Source: Xanthobacteraceae bacterium | Lineage (GTDB): Bacteria > Pseudomonadota > Alphaproteobacteria > Rhizobiales > Xanthobacteraceae | Reading direction: 5' to 3' | Assembly (NCBI GenBank): GCA_030037885.1 | Contig: JASHPU010000014.1 | Location: 15,986-79,985, forward strand | Length of the DNA: 64,000 nucleotides | In this document: piece by piece, positions 11,560 to 20,785 of the stretch | Position numbering within the stretch: the stretch's first letter is position 1 | Layout of the letters: each line of letters starts with the position of its first letter | The notes under the pieces: model-generated | Told to the model about the DNA's origin: nothing | The model's database searches: none | Seen by the model: only the letters and a program-made list of their open reading frames with translations | Position numbers and translations under genes: made by a program

Positions 11560-12405
11560 ATGAAAGAGTCTGTCATGGGCCGCGCCGACGACATCCTTGA
11601 CGACATTTCCTCGCGTAAGATCGCGGGCGAATCGTTCGCGCTCGCCACCGTCGTGCGCACCGTCGCGGCGACGGCCGCGAAGGCCGGCGCCAAGGCGGTC
11701 ATCCTGCCGGACGGCACAATTTCGCAAGGCTGGATCGGCGGCGGCTGCGCCCGTGCCGCAGTGCTCAAGGCGGCGCGCGATTGCCTTGCCGACGGCAAAT
11801 CGCGCCTCGTTTCGGTGCAGCCTGAAGAGGCGCTCGAAGGCCAAGGTCATAAGCCAGGCGACGAGCAAGGCGGTGTGCGCTTTGCCAAGAATATGTGCCC
11901 GAGCCAGGGTACCATGGACATATTCGTCGAGCCGGTCCTGCCGAGGCCGCAGGTCGTGGTTTGCGGCTCGAGTCCGGTGGCCGTCGCCGTCGCTGAACTC
12001 GCCGGCCGCTCGGGTTTTGCCGTCACGGTTTGCGCGCCGGCGCCCGAGCAAGCAGCGTTCGCGAAGGCGGATCGACGCATCGAGGGATTTGCGCTCCCGG
12101 TCGACGAAACCGCATCGCGCTATGTCGTCGTCTCCACCCAAGGGCGCGGGGACGAAGCTGCCTTGCTGGCGGTGCTCGCGGTCGATACCGACTATGTGGC
12201 TTTCGTCGGAAGTCGCAAAAAGGCAGCGGCCCTGAAGGCAGCGCTGGCGAAGCGCGGCGTTGCTGCGGAGCGCTTGGCGCGCCTCAAGGCGCCGGCCGGC
12301 CTCGATCTTGGCGCCATCACGCCCGATGAGATCGCCATCTCGATCCTCGCCGAGATTGTCGTCGTGCGCCGCGGCAAGCAAGCGCGCGACGCCGCCGAAC
12401 GGTAG
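11560..12405 (+). CDS. coxF: XdhC/CoxF-family molybdoenzyme maturation protein
   Basis: XdhC_CoxI-type N-terminal domain and Rossmann-like C-terminal domain (VVVCGSSPVAVAVAELA). Position after coxE. Confidence 0.8.
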   Translation: MKESVMGRADDILDDISSRKIAGESFALATVVRTVAATAAKAGAKAVILPDGTISQGWIGGGCARAAVLKAARDCLADGKSRLVSVQPEEALEGQGHKPGDEQGGVRFAKNMCPSQGTMDIFVEPVLPRPQVVVCGSSPVAVAVAELAGRSGFAVTVCAPAPEQAAFAKADRRIEGFALPVDETASRYVVVSTQGRGDEAALLAVLAVDTDYVAFVGSRKKAAALKAALAKRGVAAERLARLKAPAGLDLGAITPDEIAISILAEIVVVRRGKQARDAAER

Positions 12406-12693
12406 TTCGAAAAGGCGACCATCGTTGACGCCTGAACGCATCCCGAGCGGGGCTTCCGCAAAATACTTCAAACCGCTCAAAGGGCCTCAAACGCCCGCAG
12501 CTTCGCGTAAACCCTTTGAAAATATGAGCACCCGGGACTTCTGGTGCGTCCACCAAACGGCTGATTTTACTGCGTGATTCCTCACGGCTTGCGGGCGAGC
12601 TGGAAACCTGAAACTCGCTGTTTCAGGGAATGTGACGGGACCACGCGTTGTCCCCATCACAGGTCGATCTTCATGACTTTCCGTCAATGCGGC

Positions 12694-13779
12694 CTATTCG
12701 ACCAGGCCGAGATTATTCAGATCGCGCAGCGTTTTCGGCCAAACCCCCTCGCGTGCGGCCTTGATGAGAACGCGTGACCACGCGACCCACCCTTCCCAAG
12801 GAATCCGCTTGTCGCGCGGTGTCCCCCAATCGAGCAGCAGCCGCAAGCCGCGCTGCGCCTGCATCAGCGCCGCGCCAAATTCGCCACCAAGAAGCTTGAT
12901 CTGTGCAAGATACAGGTAAGCCTCGGGCAGCCACGGATTGAGCTCGACCGCTTCCAGCAGGATGTCGCCGGCTTCGGCGGCGGTCAGCGACGCCGTCTCG
13001 CCTGCGGCGACACGCCAGTAGCTGGCGGTCGCCGCAGCTTCATCTTCGGGCGTCAACAAGCCCGAACAATGGTCGAAAATCGGCGGTACTGTCCCCGCCG
13101 CTTGCGGCAAGTGCTGCGCCAAGCGGGACAGCAGGCTCATATTGGCCCCGCTGGGTTGCAATCGCCCGGGCCACAGCGCCTTTGACCAATGTTCGGCAGC
13201 TCCGCGCTGACGATCTGTGTGGGGATAGCCGCCCATCACATCGTCTTGCCAGCTAAACCACTGCTCGGCGAGATCGGCGATTGTAACGGCAAGGAAGGTG
13301 CGCACGGCACCGGGCGAGAGCTCCCATCGCCGGCCATTTTTTGGATCAGCGAGAATCATGCCCTCGCGAACCGGCGCCGAATCGCCGAGCATGCGGAGCA
13401 CGAATTCGGTGCGCGGCATCATGCAGAACGTGTAGACCAGCTCCTCCACCTCGCGGCCGACATTGTCGGAAAGCACCCCACGCTCGCTGCGCACGTCGAA
13501 AAGCGCCAGGTCAACATACTCGTTGGCGTAAACGCTGTGGAACAGTCCGCAAAAGCAGGTCGCGCCCGGCTCGCCCCAGAGCCGCAGAATGCGATATGTC
13601 CCGATCAGATGATCAAGGAACACGCCGTGCTTGTGCCAACTGATCGCTGCGTTCCGCCCGGCAAGAAGCCGGATCGCCGCGTCGAGTTGCGGACTGAGCG
13701 CGGCGTAGTCGCGCGCCAGCATAAGCCTCACTTCGGCATTGATAACCGGGGTTTCTACTCTGTCCGTCACCTGGTCCAT
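12694..13779 (-). CDS. Hypothetical protein with an HD-like N-terminal region and a TPR-like C-terminus; last gene of the FAAL/ACP operon
   Basis: His-rich helical signature HKHGVFLDHLIGTYRILRLWG...GLFHSVY. C-terminal helical repeats (EAYLYLAQIKLLGGEFGAALMQAQRGLRLL). AGGAGG lies 5 nt upstream of the ATG at 13779. No function recognised. Confidence 0.45.
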   Translation of the reverse strand: MDQVTDRVETPVINAEVRLMLARDYAALSPQLDAAIRLLAGRNAAISWHKHGVFLDHLIGTYRILRLWGEPGATCFCGLFHSVYANEYVDLALFDVRSERGVLSDNVGREVEELVYTFCMMPRTEFVLRMLGDSAPVREGMILADPKNGRRWELSPGAVRTFLAVTIADLAEQWFSWQDDVMGGYPHTDRQRGAAEHWSKALWPGRLQPSGANMSLLSRLAQHLPQAAGTVPPIFDHCSGLLTPEDEAAATASYWRVAAGETASLTAAEAGDILLEAVELNPWLPEAYLYLAQIKLLGGEFGAALMQAQRGLRLLLDWGTPRDKRIPWEGWVAWSRVLIKAAREGVWPKTLRDLNNLGLVE

Positions 13780-13813
13780 CATTTCCTCCTGCCCGTCGGA
13801 TATCGATTCGGCC

Positions 13814-14761
13814 TCACGGGTGAGCGCCCCAGAAAAACAAGATCGTAACGACGGAGAAGACGCTGAGCGCTGTGGAAAGCCACGTCATGCCCGACGTCTC
13901 AGCGACGAGCACATTGTATTGCTTGGCGACAACGAAGCAGCTGGTCGCCGGCGGCAGAGCGGAAAGCAACAGTGCAGCCGCTTTCGAGGTCGAATCGAGA
14001 TCGGTTACCCAGCGGATAACGCCCCAGGTCACCAACGGGTGAAGAATGAGCTTGATCAAGGACGGGCCGATCGCTCCCTCGACGCTCTCTCTCGCCGTTT
14101 GGCCGGCGACGAACATGCCGATCGTCATCAGCGAGCACGGAATAGCGGCGCTGCCGACCAGCTCAGTCAGCGACAGAATCGGCTTTGGCAGCGTCACGAA
14201 AGCGGAGCTGAGAACGCCAAAGACGACGCCAAGGATGAGCGGATTGCGCACCAGAGAGCGGACGGTCAGGAAAAGCGCCTTGCGCGAAGACGCCATGCCG
14301 TGGCGGGACGATTCGATAAGAGCGAAAGTCAAGCCGAAAAACACGGTGACGATGACGATCGTCGCGAGAATGGCGGGCAGCGCTTGCTCCTTGCCGAACG
14401 CAATGACAAGCAGCGGAACGCCCATAAAAGCGGTGCTGGAGCAGCTGCAGTTCATCCCACGCACGCTCGCTTCCGCGGTATTGCTGTGCCAGAGCAGCCG
14501 GCTCACCAGGAAGGCGACGCCATACATGATAGCGAGACTGAGAAACCAGGTTTCCAGAAATGTCGTCTGCCAAATCTGCGCGATCGGCGTGCGGGCAAGA
14601 AAGGAGAAAAGCAGAGCAGGGAACGACGCGTAGAAGACCAGTCGATTGAGTATGTCGACGCCTTCAGCGCCGATGAAGCCGGCGCGAACCAGCAGGTAAC
14701 CGACGATCACGCAACCGAACACCGGTACGGACGTTGCGATAACCGCACTGAACATCATCAT
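13814..14761 (-). CDS. AEC (auxin efflux carrier) family transporter
   Basis: About 10 TM segments. N-terminus MFSAVIATSVPVFGCVIVGYLLVRAGF is typical of the AEC/membrane transport family. GGAGG lies just upstream of the ATG triplet run. Confidence 0.75.
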   Translation of the reverse strand: MMMFSAVIATSVPVFGCVIVGYLLVRAGFIGAEGVDILNRLVFYASFPALLFSFLARTPIAQIWQTTFLETWFLSLAIMYGVAFLVSRLLWHSNTAEASVRGMNCSCSSTAFMGVPLLVIAFGKEQALPAILATIVIVTVFFGLTFALIESSRHGMASSRKALFLTVRSLVRNPLILGVVFGVLSSAFVTLPKPILSLTELVGSAAIPCSLMTIGMFVAGQTARESVEGAIGPSLIKLILHPLVTWGVIRWVTDLDSTSKAAALLLSALPPATSCFVVAKQYNVLVAETSGMTWLSTALSVFSVVTILFFWGAHP

Positions 14762-14982
14762 GCCTCCGCGTCTTTGGCCGAGGAACCGCCTTCGAGGCCC
14801 GCCGGCCAACCGTCACGAGTTCGCCATCCGGCGGTAAGCGGTCAATCCGTCGCACGCGGAGGGACGCAGCCCCCGTTCGCCGTCGACGACCGCCCGTGTC
14901 CCGGCAAGACGCCGCAGATCGACGGCGACCCGTCGTCTGTCGAATCGTACATCCTTGCGCCGCAAAGGTGCATTCGCGAATG

Positions 14983-15492
14983 TCATTCAAGATGCTCCTT
15001 CTGCGCCGGACGCGCGCGCGGCAGGCTCGTCACGGACGCTTGCGCCATCGCCACGAGTCTCTCGCGCCCGCGCGACACGGCTATGATTTCTGCGCGGCAG
15101 ACCGCGTTCCGCACGTTCGCGATCGTCGCGTGGCCGCGGCCAATCAACTGTTCGCCGACCGCCGGCGCGAGAAGATTGATTTTGTATTCGGCGGTCACCA
15201 CGTCACCGAGCAAGGAGGCCGCCGACCAGGCGCAAGCGCTGTCGGCGGCAAAGCCGATGACTGCGCCATGAATAAAACCATGATGCTGGCGTAGCTGCGG
15301 CGTCACCGGCACAGTGAGCTCCACCTCGCCCTTGCCATAGCGTGTGAGTTGCACACCAAGACCGACGGCAAACGCGGTGCGGGCGATGAGCGAGGCAATC
15401 TCCTCCTGGGTCAGGCCAACGGCCGCCTGTTCATCAGGACCGGAAGCTTGCTTCGTCCAACCATCAGCCGTCGATCCGATTGCTGTCGCCAC
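14983..15492 (-). CDS. PaaI-type hotdog-fold thioesterase
   Basis: HGFIHGAVIGFAADSA core typical of PaaI/YdiI thioesterases. GTG start with an upstream GGGAGG. Confidence 0.7.
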   Translation of the reverse strand: MATAIGSTADGWTKQASGPDEQAAVGLTQEEIASLIARTAFAVGLGVQLTRYGKGEVELTVPVTPQLRQHHGFIHGAVIGFAADSACAWSAASLLGDVVTAEYKINLLAPAVGEQLIGRGHATIANVRNAVCRAEIIAVSRGRERLVAMAQASVTSLPRARPAQKEHLE

Positions 15493-15523
15493 GAGTGATT
15501 TTCCTCCCGATTCGCTTTAAGTC

Positions 15524-17323
15524 CTACGGTACCGCGCGGCTTTCCGGCGCCGTCTCCGTCGTCAAGGCAAATTCCGGGCTCCGGGTCGAACACGCGTCCT
15601 GATCGAGCCGTTCCAGCGTGCCGGCGAGATAGCGATGGCACGTTTCTGCGCGACGAATCTTTCCGCTCGTCGTCTTCGGGATCGTACCAATGCGGATTGG
15701 CACCACTTCGCGGACGTGGAGATCGAATTCGGCGACGATGGCAGCGCGGATGGCGGCTGTCAACGCGGCGATGTCCACCGTCCGGCTCCAACTCCGCCCG
15801 ATCTCGGCGATGACAACGAGAGCGGCATCGACACCCTCGCCGACGCACACTGCTGCCGAACAGGTCGGGCGCACGGCCGGATGCGCACTTTCTGCGTGCC
15901 TTTCGATGTCCTGCGGATAGAAATTGCGGCCACGCAGGATCAGCATGTCCTTGCGACGGCCTGCGACGAACAACGCGCCGCCATCGAGAAAGCCGAGATC
16001 GCCGGTGCGCAGGTAATATCCGGGCGATCCGTCCGCGAGTTGTGCGCGGAAGGTCGCTGCGCTGGCTTCTGCCTTATCCCAATAGCCGCGCGCGATGTTC
16101 GGGCCAGCGACCCAGATTTCGCCGAGCTCGCGGCTCGCCCTCGGCATGCAATCGTCGGGACCGACGATCCGTATCTCCTCGCCGGTCACGGCGTGGCCGC
16201 AGGCGACGAGTTCTTGCACATCGGCGGAATTTGCCAATTCGATGCGGTCGCCCTCGAGCGCGCGTCGATCGAGCGCCAGAAAAGACGATGCGGCGCCCGG
16301 CACGCCGCCCGAGACGAAGACGGTCGCTTCGGCGAGCCCATAACACGGGTAAGTGGCGCTCGCCCGAAAGCCGTAAGGCGCAAAGGCGCTGGAAAACCGG
16401 CGGACCGTATCCGCGCGGACCGGCTCGGCCGCGTTGAATGCTATGCGCCAGCAGCTCAAATCCATACCCGAGGCCTTCTCCTCCGAAAATTGCCGAACGC
16501 ACAGGTCGTAGGCGAAATCGGGCGCTCCGGCGACGTCCGCCCGATAGTCGGAAATCACTTTGAGCCAGAGCAGCGGGCGTTGGGCGAACTGCGCCGGGCG
16601 CATGAAAACGCAAAGGCCGCCGGCATAAATGGCGTGCAGCGCTATCAGAATTAATCCCATGTCGTGAAATAACGGAATCCAACTGACGAAACGAGAGTGC
16701 GGCCCGGTGTCCCATCGATCGACAATCATCTGCAAATTGGTGCGGAGATTGCCGTGGCTTACCATGACGCCCTTAGGCGTCGAGGTGGATCCCGACGTGT
16801 ATTGAAGGAACGCGAGCTCGGCGTCATTGACCGGCGGACCGCTGCGGCAGACCGCGTCCAACTTCGCCGTCACGCCGCCGTCAATCGCCAGACAGGCGGC
16901 CTGCTCGGCTTCGGGAAATGACGATATGAGCGCATCGAACGCCTCAACCGCCACCCGGTCGGTGACGATGCAACGCGGCCGGCTGTCCTGATAAATGGAG
17001 CGCGTGGCCTCCCGCAGCTTGTTGCGCCTCGGCAGTATCACGGGGACAGCGATGCGGCCGCTGCAAAGGCACGCAAAGAAGCCGATCAGGAAGTCGAGCG
17101 GAGATTCCACGGCAATGAGAACACGGTCGCCGCGCGCGGTCTGCGTCGCCAGCTTGCCGGCAAGACCAAGCGAACGCTCGTGGAGCTGACGATAGGTGAG
17201 AGCGCCTGCTTCGGCGCCGCGATCGTCAACCAGAACGACCGCCGTTTTCTCCGGGTCACGTCCGGCCCATCCCGCGAGCACGTCGGGCAACGGGATGCCT
17301 TTTGGGTAAGGCACATCGATCAT
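15524..17323 (-). CDS. Fatty acyl-AMP ligase (FAAL)
   Basis: FLQYTSGSTSTPKGVMVSHGNL and IPKTTSGKIRR adenylation motifs with FAAL-like (FadD32-type) context. The ATG overlaps the upstream thioesterase stop (ATGA). Confidence 0.85.
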   Translation of the reverse strand: MIDVPYPKGIPLPDVLAGWAGRDPEKTAVVLVDDRGAEAGALTYRQLHERSLGLAGKLATQTARGDRVLIAVESPLDFLIGFFACLCSGRIAVPVILPRRNKLREATRSIYQDSRPRCIVTDRVAVEAFDALISSFPEAEQAACLAIDGGVTAKLDAVCRSGPPVNDAELAFLQYTSGSTSTPKGVMVSHGNLRTNLQMIVDRWDTGPHSRFVSWIPLFHDMGLILIALHAIYAGGLCVFMRPAQFAQRPLLWLKVISDYRADVAGAPDFAYDLCVRQFSEEKASGMDLSCWRIAFNAAEPVRADTVRRFSSAFAPYGFRASATYPCYGLAEATVFVSGGVPGAASSFLALDRRALEGDRIELANSADVQELVACGHAVTGEEIRIVGPDDCMPRASRELGEIWVAGPNIARGYWDKAEASAATFRAQLADGSPGYYLRTGDLGFLDGGALFVAGRRKDMLILRGRNFYPQDIERHAESAHPAVRPTCSAAVCVGEGVDAALVVIAEIGRSWSRTVDIAALTAAIRAAIVAEFDLHVREVVPIRIGTIPKTTSGKIRRAETCHRYLAGTLERLDQDACSTRSPEFALTTETAPESRAVP

Positions 17324-18120
17324 CCGTATTGCGCCTCTCGCCCTTCGCCATGATCGGAAAGATACGCCGCGGCCTTGGCGACGATTGTTTCGACCAGGCG
17401 CTGCTGCTCGGCGACGTCGAAAAAGTGACGACCCGCCAGCGGCACGAAGCAGAAGTCGCACGCGGTTTCGGATCCCCAGGCCATGACTTCTTCCGCTTTC
17501 ACCACCGGATCATCGACGCCGTGAAAGGCGACGATTGGACAATCCAGCGGCGCTTCATCGACGTAACGGTAGCGGTCGGAAACCGCGAGATCGGCCCGCA
17601 TAAGGGGAAAAACGCTATTGCGCCAGCGCGGATTATCGAAGACATCGACCATCGGCCCGCCCATCTCGCGCATGACGGCTGTCAGCGCGTCGTCAGGCAG
17701 CGACCAGAGTGGGGTGTGAGACAGCGCCAACGATGGCGCGCGCCGCCCCGAAACGCACAGTGCGATCGGCCTATGAGAGCCGGCACGTCGCATGCCGCGC
17801 GCAAGATCGAACGCCAGAATGGCGCCCAGGCTGTGACCGTAGAGGATGACCGGGTAATTGCCGAGCTGCCATAGCGCGACGAGATATCTCGGTACAAACT
17901 CCTCGGCCTGCTCGATTGGAGCAATCGCGGCGAGATTGTCGCGTCCCGGCAACTGAGCCCGCACCAACACCAGCCAATCCGGCAACCATTTCGACCAGCC
18001 ATTGAACGAAAGCACGCCGCCCCCGGCGTGCGGAAAACACACCAAGAGGCAGCGGGTCTCACTATGGGACGGCGCTCGACGTAGCCAACTTGGCGGCGAG
18101 TTGGTTGGGCCGGCGTCCAT
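17320..18120 (-). CDS. Type II thioesterase (alpha/beta hydrolase)
   Basis: CFPHAGGG and GHSLGA nucleophile-elbow motifs typical of TEII/GrsT-like enzymes. Start chosen at the ATG at 18120, 14 nt after the P450 stop. Confidence 0.8.
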   Translation of the reverse strand: MDAGPTNSPPSWLRRAPSHSETRCLLVCFPHAGGGVLSFNGWSKWLPDWLVLVRAQLPGRDNLAAIAPIEQAEEFVPRYLVALWQLGNYPVILYGHSLGAILAFDLARGMRRAGSHRPIALCVSGRRAPSLALSHTPLWSLPDDALTAVMREMGGPMVDVFDNPRWRNSVFPLMRADLAVSDRYRYVDEAPLDCPIVAFHGVDDPVVKAEEVMAWGSETACDFCFVPLAGRHFFDVAEQQRLVETIVAKAAAYLSDHGEGREAQYG

Positions 18121-18134
18121 CCGGTCGATCCACG

Positions 18135-19412
18135 CTATGCGGCTGCGCCAAACCGGATCGGCAGCTTCTCGAGGCTGCGCAGAATCCGACTTTGCGTCTG
18201 CCAACGAGGCGTTGCGCCAGCGAGCGTCACGTCGGTGCGATCGACCAGAAGGCGCTCGATGACGACCTCGGCGATCGTCGCGGCGAGCGCGCCCCCCAGG
18301 CAATTGCGCATGCCATAACCAAAGGCCAGGTGCGTGTCGCTGTTGCGCCGGCTGATGTCAAAGCGCTGCGGGTCGGCAAATTGCGCCGGATCCCGATTGG
18401 CGGCGCCGAGACAAAGCAGGATCTGCTCGCCCTTGCGAATGGTGATGCCATCAAACTTGGAATCCGCGATCGCGACGCGCTTGGTCTGCTGCAGCGGCGA
18501 TTCGTAGCGCATGACCTCGTCAACCGCTTGGCGCAGCAAACTGCGGTCCCGGCGCAAGAGCGCAAGCTGGTCCGGATGTGTGAGCAGCAGGTGGACGCCA
18601 TTGCCGATCAGGGCCTTCGTGGTCTCGGTTCCCGCCACGAAGGTCATGATCGACAACAACTGAATCTCGTTACGATCTAATCTGTCGTCGCCCCACCGGG
18701 CGCTTGCGAATTTCTCTATGAGGTTGCTGCCGCCGTGGAAGGGACAGCCGTCCACGTGCTCGTGCATGACCCTGAGCAGGTTGCTCATCGAGGCGTGCGC
18801 TCGTTCATAATCGGACCGCGTCATAAGACCCGGATCAAGGAGCTGTCGCGCATCGTTGATCCAGCGCGCGAAATCGGGATGCACATCCACATCGAGATCC
18901 AGTCGTCCGGCCATGACGCGCAACGGCACGGGTTCGGCGATCGCCCGAACGACATCGGCGGTTCCGTCCCGCGCCGCCCGGTCGATTGCGGCATCGACGA
19001 TAGCCTTGATCAGGCTTCGTTCGGCGTCGATCTGGCCCCGGGTAAAGCCGCTATTGGTCAGCCGCCGCAACCGCGCATGATCGGGATTCTCGGTGAAGAC
19101 GATCGCCTTGCGGATGAAGTACTGGATCGGATCCGGCTCAGGAATTCCAAAGTCGGGCTTGTTCTTCCATATGACGTCCTCGAACAGCCGGGAGCTGTAA
19201 GTGCGACTGGACAGCACCCTGACCACATCGGCGAAGGAGGTGAAGATCCAGCTCCCGAGCATGCGGGAACGTGGGTCCTCGCGCTGCAGCCGCTCATAGA
19301 CCGGATAGGGATCCTGGTGGAATTCCTCGCTTAGAGGATTGAAGCGGAAGGGTTTGCCTCGCGCTTCGTTCGACCGTGTCGCGCCGGCCGGCCGCGCATC
19401 GGGCTCCAGCAT
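18135..19412 (-). CDS. Cytochrome P450 monooxygenase
   Basis: I-helix AGTETT, EVMR (ExxR), and haem loop FGYGMRNCLG. ATG at 19412 is preceded by GGGGAG. Confidence 0.9.
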   Translation of the reverse strand: MLEPDARPAGATRSNEARGKPFRFNPLSEEFHQDPYPVYERLQREDPRSRMLGSWIFTSFADVVRVLSSRTYSSRLFEDVIWKNKPDFGIPEPDPIQYFIRKAIVFTENPDHARLRRLTNSGFTRGQIDAERSLIKAIVDAAIDRAARDGTADVVRAIAEPVPLRVMAGRLDLDVDVHPDFARWINDARQLLDPGLMTRSDYERAHASMSNLLRVMHEHVDGCPFHGGSNLIEKFASARWGDDRLDRNEIQLLSIMTFVAGTETTKALIGNGVHLLLTHPDQLALLRRDRSLLRQAVDEVMRYESPLQQTKRVAIADSKFDGITIRKGEQILLCLGAANRDPAQFADPQRFDISRRNSDTHLAFGYGMRNCLGGALAATIAEVVIERLLVDRTDVTLAGATPRWQTQSRILRSLEKLPIRFGAAA

Positions 19413-19443
19413 CTCTGGTACTCCCCGGTGGGCCGGACCTGCG

Positions 19444-20382
19444 CTAGGCCAGCGACATGCTGCCGTCGGTCTTGACGGGCTCGCCTGTCGCGCGCCAATC
19501 GTTGGTAATCGGCCGCAGGCAGAAACGCAGCAGATTGATCTTGCCCATGCGGAAACCAACGGAACCGAGCTTGTAGAAGCGCTCGAAACGCTGCACCTGC
19601 TCTTCGCCGGCCAGGCTGACGGCCTCCGCGCGCCGGCTGCGCAAGTTCTTCAGCCACTCGTCATAACTTCTGGCATAGTCGAAGCGATCGTTGCGCACGG
19701 CCACGACTTCGAACAGGCCGTCCACGGCGTTCACGACATCGGCAAGGTAGGGAAGATCCGATTCGGGGTAGATTTCGGTGATCATGAACTCGTTTGCTTC
19801 GTGCCGCTTCATGTTGCCGAAGGCGATCGTCTGCAGCGAGAGCCGACCTCGCGGCGACAGCCAGCGATGGCAGCGCTCGAAGAAATCACGATAGACAAGC
19901 ATCTTCTCCGCCTGGGTCTCGTCAGGCTTGGCAAAGTGCTCGAAGGCGCCAATCGAAATAATGGAGTCGAACTTCTCCTGCGGCTCGTAGCTCGCCCAGT
20001 TCTCGACCCGGACCTCCACCTTGTCGAGACCAAGTCCGTTGAGATAATCGGCTTGCGCCTGACTGAGGGTAAGGCCGACCGCCCGACGGACATTCGGCAA
20101 ACGATTGAGCCGCGTGAGGATGGTCCCCCAGCCGCAGCCGACTTCAAGCACCGAGGCGGCGTCCTGCACCTTCGCGCTGTTCAAGTGCCAATTGATCTTG
20201 CGCAACTGGGCGGTCTCGAGATCGTCATTGGGATTCGCGAATAGCGCCGCCGAATAAGTGTAGGACGGTCCGAGCATCAGCCGCCAGAATTCGTTGCCGA
20301 TATCGTAGTGATGCTTGATGCCTTCCGGCGAGCCGCCGTATTTGTGCTCTTCGCGGCGTCGCAGTGCAGTGACTTTGCTCAT
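19444..20382 (-). CDS. Cyclopropane-fatty-acyl-phospholipid/mycolic acid synthase-family SAM methyltransferase
   Basis: HYDIGNEFWRLML and the SAM motif VLEVGCGWGT. AGGAGG lies 6 nt upstream of the ATG at 20382. Confidence 0.85.
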   Translation of the reverse strand: MSKVTALRRREEHKYGGSPEGIKHHYDIGNEFWRLMLGPSYTYSAALFANPNDDLETAQLRKINWHLNSAKVQDAASVLEVGCGWGTILTRLNRLPNVRRAVGLTLSQAQADYLNGLGLDKVEVRVENWASYEPQEKFDSIISIGAFEHFAKPDETQAEKMLVYRDFFERCHRWLSPRGRLSLQTIAFGNMKRHEANEFMITEIYPESDLPYLADVVNAVDGLFEVVAVRNDRFDYARSYDEWLKNLRSRRAEAVSLAGEEQVQRFERFYKLGSVGFRMGKINLLRFCLRPITNDWRATGEPVKTDGSMSLA

Positions 20383-20405
20383 CACTTTCCTCCTATTTGC
20401 GAAAC

Positions 20406-20693
20406 TCAGGCGACGTTCGCACGCGGCTGCTCGCTGGCGCTGGCAGTGACATATCGCGCAAGCTCGTTGATCGTCGGATATTCAAAGAGCAAAGACGGCT
20501 CGAGATCGAGGCCGCTCCACTCCTCAAGGTCGAGGATGAGCGCCACCGCCATCACCGAGTCGAGACCGAGCCGATCAAAATCGGCGTCGGCATCGATTTT
20601 ACCGGGGTCGGTGTGCAGCGTTTTGGCCAAAAACAGCAGGCTGTGTTGACGAACCGAATCCACTGTCAGAACCGGCGAACGACTGGCACTCAT
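20406..20693 (-). CDS. Free-standing acyl carrier protein
   Basis: 95 aa with the phosphopantetheine attachment motif GLDSVMAV. Good RBS (GAGGAGAGGG). Confidence 0.85.
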   Translation of the reverse strand: MSASRSPVLTVDSVRQHSLLFLAKTLHTDPGKIDADADFDRLGLDSVMAVALILDLEEWSGLDLEPSLLFEYPTINELARYVTASASEQPRANVA

Positions 20694-20785
20694 GGATATC
20701 CCTCTCCTCTCAAGAAGCGATTACGCAAGTCTGGTGCTGCGGTAGTTCAGCGCCGCGTTGGCGGCGGTCGTTCACTGCATTTGCA

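Noticed and set aside
12406-12693. 290-nt convergent spacer between coxF and the lipid operon, checked for a missing coxG, an sRNA or terminators. It contains the hairpin CCTGAAAC-TCGCT-GTTTCAGG near 12606-12626.
   Set aside because: There is no credible ORF or CoxG-like translation in any frame. The hairpin is short, has no T-tract, and I recognise no RNA family. This is insufficient evidence to call a feature.
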